DNA from: an uncultured Candidatus Saccharibacteria bacterium
GTDB taxonomy: Bacteria > Patescibacteriota > Doudnabacteria > UBA920
Length of the DNA stretch: 64,000 nucleotides
Direction of reading: 5' to 3'
NCBI GenBank assembly: GCA_964612745.1
Contig: CAZTCH010000006.1
Coordinates: 5,477 to 69,476 of the forward strand
Shown: positions 28,828 to 38,529 of the stretch, in pieces
Layout of the letters: each line of letters begins with the position of its first letter
Numbering within the stretch: position 1 is the stretch's first letter
Made by a program: the position numbers and the translations under genes
Notes under the pieces: generated by a model
Databases searched by the model: none
Told to the model about the DNA's origin: nothing
The model's input: only the letters and a program-made list of their open reading frames with translations

Positions 28828-29214
28828 ATGAATAGTACCCAACATTCGCAAAGAATAAGTGTAGTGAAAGAGTTGTATATACCGTTTGTGGTTTTGATTG
28901 CTTTTTTTCTTGTGCAGGCACTTGGTATTATTGGCGAGGTCGGACTTACACTTGGGATTATAGGTGTGACGCTTTTCACGTTCGCCATGCGTTGCCACGT
29001 AGGGGAGGTAAAATTGTTGTTGATTGGTACAGCCTTGGGCGCGTTTTTAGAAATTGGTTTACGAGTGTTTGGTTTCCAACAAGTTTGGACTCGCGCGTCT
29101 TTGTTTGGCGTTCCGTATTGGTTACCACTCATATGGGGTTTAGGTTTTGTATTAATTACTCGGCTTGGTATATATATTAGAAAAATGCAAGACACAGTGG
29201 ATGTGCACGCATAA
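28828..29214 (+). CDS. Membrane protein (DUF2878-like)
   Basis: 4 TM segments; GVPYWLPLIWG. Confidence 0.6.
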   Translation: MNSTQHSQRISVVKELYIPFVVLIAFFLVQALGIIGEVGLTLGIIGVTLFTFAMRCHVGEVKLLLIGTALGAFLEIGLRVFGFQQVWTRASLFGVPYWLPLIWGLGFVLITRLGIYIRKMQDTVDVHA

Positions 29215-29338
29215 GTCTGTAGTAAAAAGGCCACCTTCGCACTGCGCGAAGGTGACCTTTGTTTATTGAGTTTTTATTGTTTCTTTTGATAAAGCGCACG
29301 CAGTGTGTTACCGTAGTTGCAATAGGTAAACTTGCTCT

Positions 29339-30019
29339 ATGAACCAAAACTTTGTTGTTGTATTTTCCCACGGCATGGGTGTACGGAAAGATAATCTCGG
29401 CTTGTTCACAGACATAGCACAGCTGTTGTCGACCCACGGAGTTGAGAGTGTGCAGTTTGACTACAATGTAATAGATGACGAAAAAAACGAAGTCTTTGTA
29501 CCGCCATTTAGCCAGCAAGCAGAAAAACTGCAATCGGTTTTGGCAGAGACTGCACAGCGGTATCCTGCGAAAGATATTATCATAATTGCTCAGTCACAAG
29601 GGTGCGTCATTCCCACCTTGTGTACTTTGTCTTTCGTTCGACAAGTGATTGGCATTGCTCCATTTTTCCATACGAACATGGCGGAAGTTGTGAAGCGTTT
29701 TGAATCGAAGCCAGAAAACAAATTAGATTTCACGTCTGTGTCCCGAAGACATCGGACCGATGGTAGCACAACACTGTTCCCACCGGAATACTGGCAGGAG
29801 CGATTTAAAATGGACATTGTGCAGCGCTACAACAGTCTTGCGCAACAGGTGCAATTGAGTTTGATTTATGGGCACGACGATAAGATTATCGACTTTAACA
29901 ACTTGCGTGACATAAAGTACGCCAGAATTATTAACGCCGACGGTAACCACGATTTTTCGGCACAGTACCGAGCCGGTTTGCTAAAGATTGTTGCGCAAGA
30001 GTTACAGCTGCAGTCTTAG
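29339..30019 (+). CDS. Alpha/beta-hydrolase fold protein
   Basis: FSHGMG, AQSQG nucleophile elbow, GHDDKI, NHDF. Confidence 0.8.
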   Translation: MNQNFVVVFSHGMGVRKDNLGLFTDIAQLLSTHGVESVQFDYNVIDDEKNEVFVPPFSQQAEKLQSVLAETAQRYPAKDIIIIAQSQGCVIPTLCTLSFVRQVIGIAPFFHTNMAEVVKRFESKPENKLDFTSVSRRHRTDGSTTLFPPEYWQERFKMDIVQRYNSLAQQVQLSLIYGHDDKIIDFNNLRDIKYARIINADGNHDFSAQYRAGLLKIVAQELQLQS

Positions 30020-30059
30020 TATGCTGGCGCATGACCCACCGCAGGAGACCATGACCGTT

Positions 30060-30428
30060 ATGTCTATATCTAGAAAAAAATTTGTGCTCCTGTTTTTACT
30101 CTCTGGGTTTGCCTTTATGGCAATTACTACTTCTTTGTTGGGAAGTACAGGACCGCGTGGGTTTCCGAAACAGCCGGACTCTGTGTTACGTACGGGGAGT
30201 GACTCACCAGTAGCGTGGAAGCGCGTGCTGGCTGCGGGGCTTTATCCGATTAAAGTTGTATTGCTCTGGCCGTTAGCATTGCCAAACAGTACTTTTTTAC
30301 AAGATGATCCACCACCACCGTTTGTGGGTGCGTACATTGCGGCGTATTGGAGTTTACTCGCACTCGGTTTACACGCTGTACTGAAAGTGATGGCCCGAAC
30401 GCGACGAGTGTCAGTTTCTAAGGTGTAA
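30060..30428 (+). CDS. Hypothetical membrane protein
   Basis: 3 hydrophobic segments, DPPPPF; terminator at 30431-30456. Confidence 0.6.
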   Translation: MSISRKKFVLLFLLSGFAFMAITTSLLGSTGPRGFPKQPDSVLRTGSDSPVAWKRVLAAGLYPIKVVLLWPLALPNSTFLQDDPPPPFVGAYIAAYWSLLALGLHAVLKVMARTRRVSVSKV

Positions 30429-30679
30429 TAAAACAACCGCCGGTGGCGGTTGTTTTATTTATATTCCAGTTCTGCAAGGTCTATGTGTACGTTGTTCTTT
30501 TCTGCGATTTTAGCAATCCAGCTTACTATGACATCTTGGCGGTGTTTGAGCTCCAAGTAGCGCTCGTCGGAAAGGTGGTTAAGAAAAGGTATCTGGTATC
30601 TTTTCTTAATACCTTTTCTTAAATTCGTATACAAATTTGTAAAAATTGTCTGGCTGTTATTACTGCTATAATGATTTAT

Positions 30680-30850
30680 ATGGAACCAGAAAATATAAAA
30701 AAACAGCAACAGAGACTGGAGCAAATATACAAGAATTATTTACAAGAACTTGAATCTTTATTGAATGAAAGAAAACATATAATTACGGATTTTGTGCATG
30801 CGTTAGATGCAAAAAAGATTCAAGCCATTAAAAAGGTGCTAGGTTTATGA
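30680..30850 (+). CDS. Small coiled-coil hypothetical protein (56 aa)
   Basis: MEPENIKKQQQRLEQIY...KKVLGL; ATGA overlap with the next gene; TGCTATAAT upstream. Confidence 0.6.
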   Translation: MEPENIKKQQQRLEQIYKNYLQELESLLNERKHIITDFVHALDAKKIQAIKKVLGL

Positions 30851-31968
30851 GTATTCCAAATCAGGCCTATGAAAAACCAAACATGGAAGATATCGGGCCA
30901 GCCAATGAGCTTGCAGAGCAAGTAATAACTTCTCGACAAAGTTCCGAAAAAGGAGTTTCTAGAGAACAATTAAGACACCTTGCGAGTGAGGTGGCCCAAC
31001 ACGTCGAAGCCCAAGCAGCTCGAGTCGCGAGTGCTGATCTTGGCCTAGATACAGCTCTCGCAGATCCGCATGTGTCTCCTGAGCTTCTTGCAGAAACGAA
31101 GCTAGAAGCAAATGTTGAAAATCGCCTAACTCTAAATAGTGTTAGTTTGGAGGCGCTTGCAAAAGACACACTTTCGCAAGTTAGAGACGTAGAAACAGAA
31201 GTAGTCATGGCAGAGAAAGAGGAGCTAATGGCTAACGCGCCTGTGTTGGGTCCTGGAAAGTTTTTGGGTGGCCATGAAGGGAACGCACATCTGGTGGAGT
31301 TAGGGGGTTTTGGATATGCGGTACAAAAGACTTATGACATGGAGAGTAATCCTCTTGCAGAAGAAGTGCGAGAACGGCGGATTCATCAAGAAAGAGCAGT
31401 TTATGTTCTTGATAGAGCAATAAGGCTTGGAGTAGTCCCTGTAACTATAGAAAGAGTTATCAACGAAAGACTTGCAAGTATGCAAGAGTTTATAGAGGGT
31501 GCTCAAACAAGCAATAAGGTGAAACCTGAACAAGTACCAGTTTCGGAGATGCAAAAAATCGTACTGTTAGATTTAATAACAACAAACTGGGACCGTAGGA
31601 CGAATCCTGAAAACTTACTCGTCCGTCTTTCCGAAGATGGTTCAGGGCAAGATCAGGTGTTCGCTCCAGATAGTGGAGCTTCTGCTTTTAACCCCCGCAC
31701 TGCTTTTGCCTCGGAAATTCCACAAGAATTAACTGAGCAACCACTAGATGCAAACATTGTTAAATTATTGCACAACTTTAATAATAATCCGGGAAAGGTC
31801 ACGCAACTTCAAGCAGATCTAACCTCTTTGCTTGGAGAGAGAACTGCGACATTGTACATTTTACGGATTGACGGATTAAGCCGTTCAATAGATGCTAATG
31901 GGAAGGTGGATTCAGAAAAGCTACGGATGAATATGCAGAGCAACTTTGAAATATCGGAGTTAATGTGA
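30847..31968 (+). CDS. PI3/PI4-kinase / HipA-like kinase domain protein
   Basis: ERAVYVLDR..LGVVPVT, SMQEF, LLDLITTNWDRR...NLL, APDSG. Confidence 0.72.
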   Translation: MSIPNQAYEKPNMEDIGPANELAEQVITSRQSSEKGVSREQLRHLASEVAQHVEAQAARVASADLGLDTALADPHVSPELLAETKLEANVENRLTLNSVSLEALAKDTLSQVRDVETEVVMAEKEELMANAPVLGPGKFLGGHEGNAHLVELGGFGYAVQKTYDMESNPLAEEVRERRIHQERAVYVLDRAIRLGVVPVTIERVINERLASMQEFIEGAQTSNKVKPEQVPVSEMQKIVLLDLITTNWDRRTNPENLLVRLSEDGSGQDQVFAPDSGASAFNPRTAFASEIPQELTEQPLDANIVKLLHNFNNNPGKVTQLQADLTSLLGERTATLYILRIDGLSRSIDANGKVDSEKLRMNMQSNFEISELM

Positions 31969-32144
31969 GGTATGTTGAGTTAAGAAAAGGTACCAGGTAC
32001 CTTTTCTTAACACATACTCGCACTCGGTTTACACGCTGTACTCGGAGCGGTATTTCGCAAGTAGCGGCTATAGGGTTGTGCGTAGTGGCGTGTAGCTACA
32101 GTTCGCTCTTGAACAATACCCTGTTTTCAGGGCATACTACGTGC

Positions 32145-32597
32145 ATGAGAACTATATACAGAGACATTGTGGGTGGGTTCATTTTTTCGCGTGACGGCAA
32201 ACTGCTTTTAGGTAAAAATCGGAAAGGCGGGGTGTACGAAGGGTGCTACGTTGTCCCGAGTGGTGGAGTCGAGTCTGGAGAAATAAGTGAACAAACTCTC
32301 GCTCAAACTCTAAAAGAAGAAACAGGTATTGTAATCGATAACGCAAAAATCACCGCCATGGGCACCTCCACAGGGGAGCACCAAAAAACACTTGCAGATA
32401 CCGGAGAAGTGGTAAATGTTAAAATGACCTTTCACGATTTCCGCATTGACCTAGACCAAGACGCTGCAGCAGTCACGCTGACCACAGAAGATGACTGGCA
32501 CGAAGCAGAATGGTTCCTAGTTTCTGATCTCGACGAACTGAAGCTGAGTCAGCCTACCTGTAAGCGACTAATTGCTATGGGTTTGGTAAACTTGTAA
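32145..32597 (+). CDS. NUDIX hydrolase (degenerate Nudix box)
   Basis: LLLGK...PSGGVESGE......LKEETGI. Confidence 0.75.
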   Translation: MRTIYRDIVGGFIFSRDGKLLLGKNRKGGVYEGCYVVPSGGVESGEISEQTLAQTLKEETGIVIDNAKITAMGTSTGEHQKTLADTGEVVNVKMTFHDFRIDLDQDAAAVTLTTEDDWHEAEWFLVSDLDELKLSQPTCKRLIAMGLVNL

Positions 32598-32637
32598 TAC
32601 ACGTCGCTCGGATACTATTTTATGTAACAGTGCTCTT

Positions 32638-32889
32638 ATGCCAAAAGATGTAGCAGAAAAAATGCCACACAGTACCCCGCAAGACCTTAAACAGGCGCTT
32701 GCAGCAATTCCAAAAGTGCAACAACTTTGGGAAGACATTTCGCCACTGGCCCGCAATGAGTGGGTGTGTTGGGTCACGTCTGGCAAGAAAGCAGAAACGC
32801 GTGGTATTCGCATTGCCAAAGCTATTTCTAAAATGAAAGGCGGCATGCGTCGCCCTTGCTGCTGGATGGGCTGCCCCCACCGTGCATAA
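32638..32889 (+). CDS. YdeI/OmpD-associated family protein
   Basis: PQDLKQAL...ISPLARNEWVCWVTSGKKAETR..RI; RRPCCWMGCPHR. Confidence 0.85.
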   Translation: MPKDVAEKMPHSTPQDLKQALAAIPKVQQLWEDISPLARNEWVCWVTSGKKAETRGIRIAKAISKMKGGMRRPCCWMGCPHRA

Positions 32890-32950
32890 TCTCTTTTCAA
32901 AAAACACACTCAGTATTTTGTACTGGGTGTGTTTTTTTGTTGGCGTGAAA

Positions 32951-33313
32951 TTAGTTTGCTCGCACAGGCTGCCACAGTTCTATGGGGTTGCCTTCGGGGT
33001 CATAAACGCGAGCAAATGTGCCAATCTCCGGCATGCTGTTCCACTCTGCTTTTTGCTCGACGGCGACACCATTACTTTGCAAGTCTTGGATAAGCGCTGC
33101 AAGGTCGGTGACTCGCAGGTTTAGCATCCATTGTTTGTCTTGCGCAAAGTAGTCTGTAGTGTGCGCAAAAGGTTCAAAGACTGTGGGGCCGGCTTGCTGC
33201 TGCCATACCATGTCTTGAATGTCTATGCCAAGTGTTGTCGTGTACCACTCTTTGAGTGCTTTGGGGTCTGTTGCGCGGAAGAAAAATCCGCCAATGCCAG
33301 TAATGTTGTTCAT
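32951..33313 (-). CDS. VOC/glyoxalase family protein
   Basis: ITGIGGFFFRATDP..L..WY ... DPEGNPIELWQP. Confidence 0.9.
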   Translation of the reverse strand: MNNITGIGGFFFRATDPKALKEWYTTTLGIDIQDMVWQQQAGPTVFEPFAHTTDYFAQDKQWMLNLRVTDLAALIQDLQSNGVAVEQKAEWNSMPEIGTFARVYDPEGNPIELWQPVRAN

Positions 33314-33468
33314 GGGTTGTAGTATAACCCAAAAGGCAGACACATTCCACGCTCTTTTTGCAAAACCTTTAGGTTTGCGTGGTTTTCTGCTTGTCTGTAC
33401 ACTGTGTGTAGCGTTTACGGGCTTGTTTTGCAAGCCTACAACCAAACAACCAGCACAGAGGAGGAATC

Positions 33469-33795
33469 GTGGCAGAAACTATGCAGGCAGAAGTCCGCAC
33501 ATGGCAAAAGCGTAAGGCAGATGGTACCGTGGGGGAAACTGTGTATAAGGGTATTTTTATACCCGTAGGAGAGCATGGGATTCTTGTGCCCCAACTTTCC
33601 CATGGGTGGCGAGTGCTACAGGTTGACCCGGATACGTTTGTGTTCTCGTCAGACGTTCGGCCAGTAAAGGTGCTACTTGCAGATGTCATGCTGGCATTAC
33701 AAATGCTAGCCATAGACAAACTACTGCAATCCACATTAGGCCCGCGGTTTCAGGAGCTCATGGATCCATCGGAAAATGAGGAGGGGCTAGCATGA
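33469..33795 (+). CDS. Hypothetical protein
   Basis: GAGGAGG SD before GTG; overlaps the next ORF. Confidence 0.5.
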   Translation: MAETMQAEVRTWQKRKADGTVGETVYKGIFIPVGEHGILVPQLSHGWRVLQVDPDTFVFSSDVRPVKVLLADVMLALQMLAIDKLLQSTLGPRFQELMDPSENEEGLA

Positions 33796-34016
33796 ATAAA
33801 GCTGAAGCAAAAGCACGAAGGCAGCGTCCCTCGTGCATGGAACTACAACAGTCGAATGCTAAAGCCGCACCGGCTTTATCTGCGACCGAGTCCGAGACAG
33901 AAACTGCTATGCCAATAAAAGATGCTTTTATGGCGCAGCTAAATCAGATTGGCGCTGGTGCAAGGCGCATACAAATAATCACGGGCGAAACTTTAAAAAG
34001 ACGTGTCAATACATAG
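33792..34016 (+). CDS. Hypothetical protein
   Basis: ATGA coupling and GAGGGG SD. Confidence 0.45.
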   Translation: MNKAEAKARRQRPSCMELQQSNAKAAPALSATESETETAMPIKDAFMAQLNQIGAGARRIQIITGETLKRRVNT

Positions 34017-34140
34017 CGGCTCACGGGCCGCTACTTCACGCGGGGGATATGTTCTCCCGCTTTTTCTATGCTTGGGTATTTAGTTGCGAGTGTGTGCGTT
34101 TGCCGGTATGCTAGAGATAAGTAAATAGAGAGTATAGTTT

Positions 34141-34320
34141 ATGTCACATCATGGGAACAAAGGCGGGGGAGATGCCGTATATGGGTTAGGGCTTATTGGC
34201 GCTGCAGTGTATTTTATTGGGCAAGCAAATGGTTTTTGGATGGGTGTTCTGGGATTGCTAAAAGCTCTCGTGTGGCCAGCGTTTGTCGTGTACGAAGTTC
34301 TCAAATCTTTGTATTCGTAA
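34141..34320 (+). CDS. Small membrane protein (59 aa)
   Basis: Manual translation MSHHGNKGGGDAVYGLGLIGAAVYFIGQANGFWMGVLGLLKALVWPAFVVYEVLKSLYS. Confidence 0.75.
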   Translation: MSHHGNKGGGDAVYGLGLIGAAVYFIGQANGFWMGVLGLLKALVWPAFVVYEVLKSLYS

Positions 34321-34338
34321 GCTTTATTTTAATTCTCT

Positions 34339-34734
34339 ATGGCACAAGCACAAAATAAGACACAAGAAACAAAGCAGGATCCATTCGAGTTTATAGACTC
34401 TCTGGCAGACGCAACCCAAAAAGCAGACAGTTTCGCATTGGTGAAGCTGTTTCAGAAGGGCACAAAAGCAAAGCCTAAAATGTGGGGGAGTGCGATAATT
34501 GGTTTTGGTTCAAAGAAGTTAGTGTATGCTTCTGGCCGAGAACTGGACTGGATGATTGCAGGGTTTTCCCCTCGAAAAGGTAAACTCGTCTTATACGGTT
34601 TGCCAGTTGCAAAAGAGGCTACGCTTCTTAAAAAGCTAGGTAAACACAAAGTTGGTGGTGGGTGTCTCTATATTACAAAACTGTCTGACGTGGATACTAC
34701 TGTTCTTACGCAACTCATCGCTAAAGCAACATAA
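34339..34734 (+). CDS. DUF1801 (YdhG-like) protein
   Basis: KMWGSAIIGFG...YASGRE..W...GFSPRK...LGKHK.G.GCLYI. Confidence 0.88.
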   Translation: MAQAQNKTQETKQDPFEFIDSLADATQKADSFALVKLFQKGTKAKPKMWGSAIIGFGSKKLVYASGRELDWMIAGFSPRKGKLVLYGLPVAKEATLLKKLGKHKVGGGCLYITKLSDVDTTVLTQLIAKAT

Positions 34735-34922
34735 ACAGTGTTGGTAGCAATTAGTACTACATTCTAATTTTATTCACATTTGTGAGTAAAATTAGAATTT
34801 TTTTAACGAATTAACGAATTACGAATTAACGTATTCGCTGTCCACCCTTCGAGGGTCTGAGGACCCCTCAGGGTCTCGAACGACTCTCCACTAACTTACT
34901 CTTTGCTATACTACAGAAACGT

Positions 34923-35753
34923 ATGAAGCAAAATTTGTTTAAAATCTCTGTCCGAAATTGTGTGCGTGGGCTGTTGCTCGTGCGTTACCCGCAGATTAGG
35001 ACTGCAGCCAGAGACATCGTTCGGAATTTTTGGAACGGGTATTACACGCAAGAGTTCGCGTCGGTAGCAGTGCTCTACGACGTTACGTTGCCAATAGATG
35101 CTCGGATTCCATTTCGACCGCGGATGGTTTGGGTGTATATGGGGTTTTTATTTCCGCTGTTAGCGGTCTGTGGGCATGCGTTTGCGAAACGGGGACGACA
35201 CGCACTGCCATATATAGAAAAGCTGTTGCGAGGATTCGGGTCACTCTACGCCGATGCAGGATATGTCTACGGGAAAGCACAGACTACGTTTGTGCGTACG
35301 GGCGGGGATCGGGTTGTGTCAGTGCTGCGCTTGATCGATAAAGAGCGTAATTCTGCACCAAGTCTGCATGTTGCCGTGGCGCTCTATACCTACAGCGCCG
35401 GACTCGCGTTGTTCCAAGCGCTTGAACTGACCGATGTGGCGCACGCGCGGGGAGTGTTGGAGCGTGTTGCGGTGCGGATTATTGAATCTACTTTGCTCAT
35501 TAAACAACATTGTGTGCAAGACGTGGGTACTGCATGGGCGTTGGTGGAGTTGCAGCAGGTGTCCGCTCCAGAAGATATGGCGCACATTGTACAAAGTTTG
35601 TTTCTGCAAAAAAGGCACGGAGTACCCGTGGGCGATGTACCCAAAGTACACGCAGAGATACTGCGCGTGCATAGATTGGTTCATGCTTCACCTGCGCGTT
35701 CACTCGAAAGTATTGTTTCGTATATTTTGACGTTACCTCGCAAGAATATGTAG
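34923..35753 (+). CDS. PAP2-superfamily-like protein
   Basis: NSAPSLHVA and STLLIKQH..QD motifs. Confidence 0.6.
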   Translation: MKQNLFKISVRNCVRGLLLVRYPQIRTAARDIVRNFWNGYYTQEFASVAVLYDVTLPIDARIPFRPRMVWVYMGFLFPLLAVCGHAFAKRGRHALPYIEKLLRGFGSLYADAGYVYGKAQTTFVRTGGDRVVSVLRLIDKERNSAPSLHVAVALYTYSAGLALFQALELTDVAHARGVLERVAVRIIESTLLIKQHCVQDVGTAWALVELQQVSAPEDMAHIVQSLFLQKRHGVPVGDVPKVHAEILRVHRLVHASPARSLESIVSYILTLPRKNM

Positions 35754-35848
35754 TAGAAAATAAGTGCGGAGAGTAAATTTCCTTTCATAAAATAGTTCAG
35801 AACAGCTTTTCTGTCTGTGTAAACACCAGAGGACTTGATTACCCAGAT

Positions 35849-36428
35849 AAACCCCCAGCTTTAGCTGGGGTGTGCATTTAAAAGCGTAGCTCTTGTCATA
35901 TACTAAAATCACCCACCTTTGGGTAGAAAGGGGGTGATTTTCGCAATGGTCCAAAGTCGTAAATTGTACCAACTTGAACATTGCACGTACCGATGTTTTT
36001 ACCACGTGGTGTAGACGCCGCGCCACCGCAGGCCCCGGTACTGCAAGACAAGTATATCAAAGCAGAGCTAAAAAGGATATTTAGAGCAATCTGCAAGTGG
36101 AAAGGGTGGGAAATATCTGCGTGGCACATTGGAGATGAACATATCCATCTGTACATTGGTATTCCACCAAAGTTTTCCATCAGTTACAGTCTTGCAGTTC
36201 TGAAAGGTAAGTCTTCTGCATGGATTAAGAAAAAGACGAAACAGTTTCCCGCTGGTCCTTTGTGGGCAAGGGGATACTTTGTGTCTACAGTTGGTATTGA
36301 TGAGGTAATCGTAAAACGATATGTCCAAAATCAACAGCACTATCAAGTAGAACCGCATAAGCTGTTTTAGTCTGCGTAGCAGGTACAGACAAAAGCCACC
36401 AGCATACGCTGGTGGCTAGTTTACTTTT
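35849..36428 (+). mobile_element. IS200/IS605-family element (tnpA only)
   Basis: Subterminal hairpins accccagc-ttta-gctggggt (~35852) and agccaccagc-atac-gctggtggct (~36394). Confidence 0.75.
35946..36370 (+). pseudogene. tnpA: Y1 transposase TnpA, inactivated
   Basis: MVQSRKLYQLEHCTYRCFYHVV* (TAG at 36012 where W is expected), then a frameshift; downstream HIH, LKGKSS, LWARGYF, RYVQNQ. Confidence 0.85.
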
Positions 36429-36479
36429 TATGCAGCTGGTCGTCGCCCATATCCGTGGCTTGTGTGGTATAGTTAGCCA

Positions 36480-36815
36480 ATGAATACTCGAAAAAAGTTT
36501 GGCTTGCTGAGTGGTCTTGTGGTTGGTATTTTCGTTTTTTCGGTGCTCACCGTACAGGTGTACGCGAGATGGTCCAAGCAGTACACGTTTGGTCGTGTGA
36601 CAAAGACGCATGACTCTGAGTTGGTACTGGAAATACCAACAGTCGGGTATGTACCTGTTCGTATTTCAGAGCGGACAGCTATGCGCCGTGGTGGGGCAGA
36701 GGTTCCACTCGCTGAACTCATGCACGAGACTGTAATGGTAGCAGGGGTTACAGGAGTAGATGGGGTACTAGAAGCAAAAGTGGTGCGCGTGGTGAAGCCA
36801 AAGGCGCTACGATAA
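36480..36815 (+). CDS. Hypothetical membrane-anchored protein (DUF5666-like beta domain)
   Basis: N-terminal TM segment followed by a beta-rich domain. Confidence 0.55.
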   Translation: MNTRKKFGLLSGLVVGIFVFSVLTVQVYARWSKQYTFGRVTKTHDSELVLEIPTVGYVPVRISERTAMRRGGAEVPLAELMHETVMVAGVTGVDGVLEAKVVRVVKPKALR

Positions 36816-37390
36816 TGAAGCACTTTCTCATTCGCTATGCTCCCCGTACGGTATTTGTACTGTTTTTACTTGGGTTTGCTTCACTGTTTTATTTTTCTTC
36901 TCCCGACAGTATTATTGCGTACTTAGGAGTCGAAAATGCATATGTCGTTATTTTTATTCTGGCGGTAATTGGTGGGTTGTCTACCTTTAGTGGAGTGCCG
37001 TACCATCTGGTACTGGTGACTTTGGCTACTGGTGGTGCAAGCCCCGTTTGGCTTGGGCTCTGTGCGGCGGTGGGGGTAATGCTGGGTGATGCGACATCGT
37101 ATTTCATTGGGTATTCGGGCAGAGAAATAATCCCAGTGAAAATTCAAAAGTGGTTGAACTCATTTTATGCGTACGGTGCTCGGTATCCGAGATTGATGCC
37201 GCTCGCATTTTTTGTGTACGGGTCAGTGTCGCCATTTTCGAATGATTTTATTGTGATATCTGCAGGGCTTGCTAAGTATCCCTTTTGGAAGGTAATGCTC
37301 CCTCTTGCGCTCGGAAATGTCGTATTTAATATTGGGCTTGCGTACTTCGCAGGCTCGGTCTATGGTGTGCTCCAAGGTTGGATTTTGTAA
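36815..37390 (+). CDS. DedA/VTT (SNARE-like) membrane protein
   Basis: GVMLGDATSYFIG, SPFSND...AGL.KYPFWK. Confidence 0.8.
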   Translation: MKHFLIRYAPRTVFVLFLLGFASLFYFSSPDSIIAYLGVENAYVVIFILAVIGGLSTFSGVPYHLVLVTLATGGASPVWLGLCAAVGVMLGDATSYFIGYSGREIIPVKIQKWLNSFYAYGARYPRLMPLAFFVYGSVSPFSNDFIVISAGLAKYPFWKVMLPLALGNVVFNIGLAYFAGSVYGVLQGWIL

Positions 37391-37444
37391 GCCGGTGTAG
37401 TATAGTGGACAGGAGGGATGTTCTGTTTGTAACAACGAGTGAGA

Positions 37445-37822
37445 ATGCCAAAGAAAAATAATGTTATTGCTGCCTATATAGAACAGTTTCCGCTGCCCAT
37501 ACAAAGCAAGTTACAAGAAATGTACGAGCTCATTGCGCGAGTTGCACCCCAGACAGAAGAAAAGCTGGCGTACGGCATGCCAACGTTTACCCTACAGGGG
37601 AAAAACCTTGTACACTTTGCAGCTGCGAAAAAGCATGTAGGTTTTTATCCTGCGCCTTCGGGGATTCGTGCGTTTGAGTCCGAGCTGGCCGCTTATGTTA
37701 CCTCGAAAGGTGCGGTGCAGTTTCCGTACACGGCAAAGCTTCCTCGGACATTGCTTGCAAAGATTGTTCGATTTCGGATTGCAGAAGAGCAGGCACGCGC
37801 AAAGCAGATTTCAAAAAAATAG
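37445..37822 (+). CDS. DUF1801 (YdhG-like) protein
   Basis: EKLAYGMPTF...LVHFAAAKKHVGFYP...SKGAVQFP. Confidence 0.9.
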   Translation: MPKKNNVIAAYIEQFPLPIQSKLQEMYELIARVAPQTEEKLAYGMPTFTLQGKNLVHFAAAKKHVGFYPAPSGIRAFESELAAYVTSKGAVQFPYTAKLPRTLLAKIVRFRIAEEQARAKQISKK

Positions 37823-37834
37823 TAAGCAGACACT

Positions 37835-38122
37835 ATGAAACAATGTATTATAGATGTGCGTGAACCAGCAGAGTTTGCGCTTGACCATGTAGCAGGAGCA
37901 CTCAATATTCCATCGAGTAGTTTACTCGTTGGAGCGCCAGAGCTGTCGACTGTGCCGAAGGATGCTGAGCTGGTAGTGTACTGTAAAACTGGTACTCGTT
38001 CTGCTTTGGCTATTGCGTTGTTTCGTGCGCTCGGGTACGAAAACGTTGTGAATGGCATAAACAAAGAGCAAGTACGGGCGCGGTTGGCTTCTGGTGAAAA
38101 AACGGGAAATACGGTAGACTAG
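37835..38122 (+). CDS. Rhodanese-like domain protein
   Basis: IIDVREPAEF..HVAGALNIP, YCKTGTRS. Confidence 0.9.
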   Translation: MKQCIIDVREPAEFALDHVAGALNIPSSSLLVGAPELSTVPKDAELVVYCKTGTRSALAIALFRALGYENVVNGINKEQVRARLASGEKTGNTVD

Positions 38123-38146
38123 GAGCACAAGTAAGTCTTTTACAAT

Positions 38147-38482
38147 ATGGAAGCAGAACAAAGCGTACAAAAGGAAGTGCTGAGGCCGGGGACAGGAGAA
38201 GTAGCGAAAGCGGGTGATACCGTATTTGTGCATTACACAGGAAAACTAGAAGATGGGAGCGTATTTGACTCGAGCGTGACTCGGGGTGCACCATTTTCCT
38301 TCGTGCTTGGCTCGGGCATGGTCATTCAGGGTTGGGACATGGGCGTTGCAGGTATGCAGGTTGGTGAAAAAGTATTGCTCACTATTCCGCCAGAGCTCGG
38401 ATATGGCCCTATGGGTTACCCGCCGGTCATTCCACCAAGCGCCACGTTGGTATTCGAAATAGAACTGCTCCGCATTGGGTAG
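38147..38482 (+). CDS. FKBP-type peptidyl-prolyl isomerase
   Basis: [41 protein letters not shown]. Confidence 0.95.
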   Translation: MEAEQSVQKEVLRPGTGEVAKAGDTVFVHYTGKLEDGSVFDSSVTRGAPFSFVLGSGMVIQGWDMGVAGMQVGEKVLLTIPPELGYGPMGYPPVIPPSATLVFEIELLRIG

Positions 38483-38529
38483 CATGGTTCGTATGTATAC
38501 AAAAACACTTTCATGCGTGAAAGTGTTTT

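Larger units (their letters stand above)
22895..32010. repeat. Family of REP-like palindromes AAAGGTRYCWGRYACCTTT (copies at ~22895, 23020, 24209, 28051, 30579, 31980)
   Basis: e.g. perfect ttaagaaaaggtacc-a-ggtaccttttcttaa at 31980-32010; all copies lie outside intact genes. Confidence 0.8.

Noticed and set aside
22895-32010. Palindromic repeats as a CRISPR array
   Set aside because: Spacing is irregular (0.1-4 kb), whole genes lie between copies, and no cas genes are present
35981-36370. Intact 129-aa transposase as given in the ORF track
   Set aside because: The true N-terminus is in another frame from 35946 and has an internal TAG
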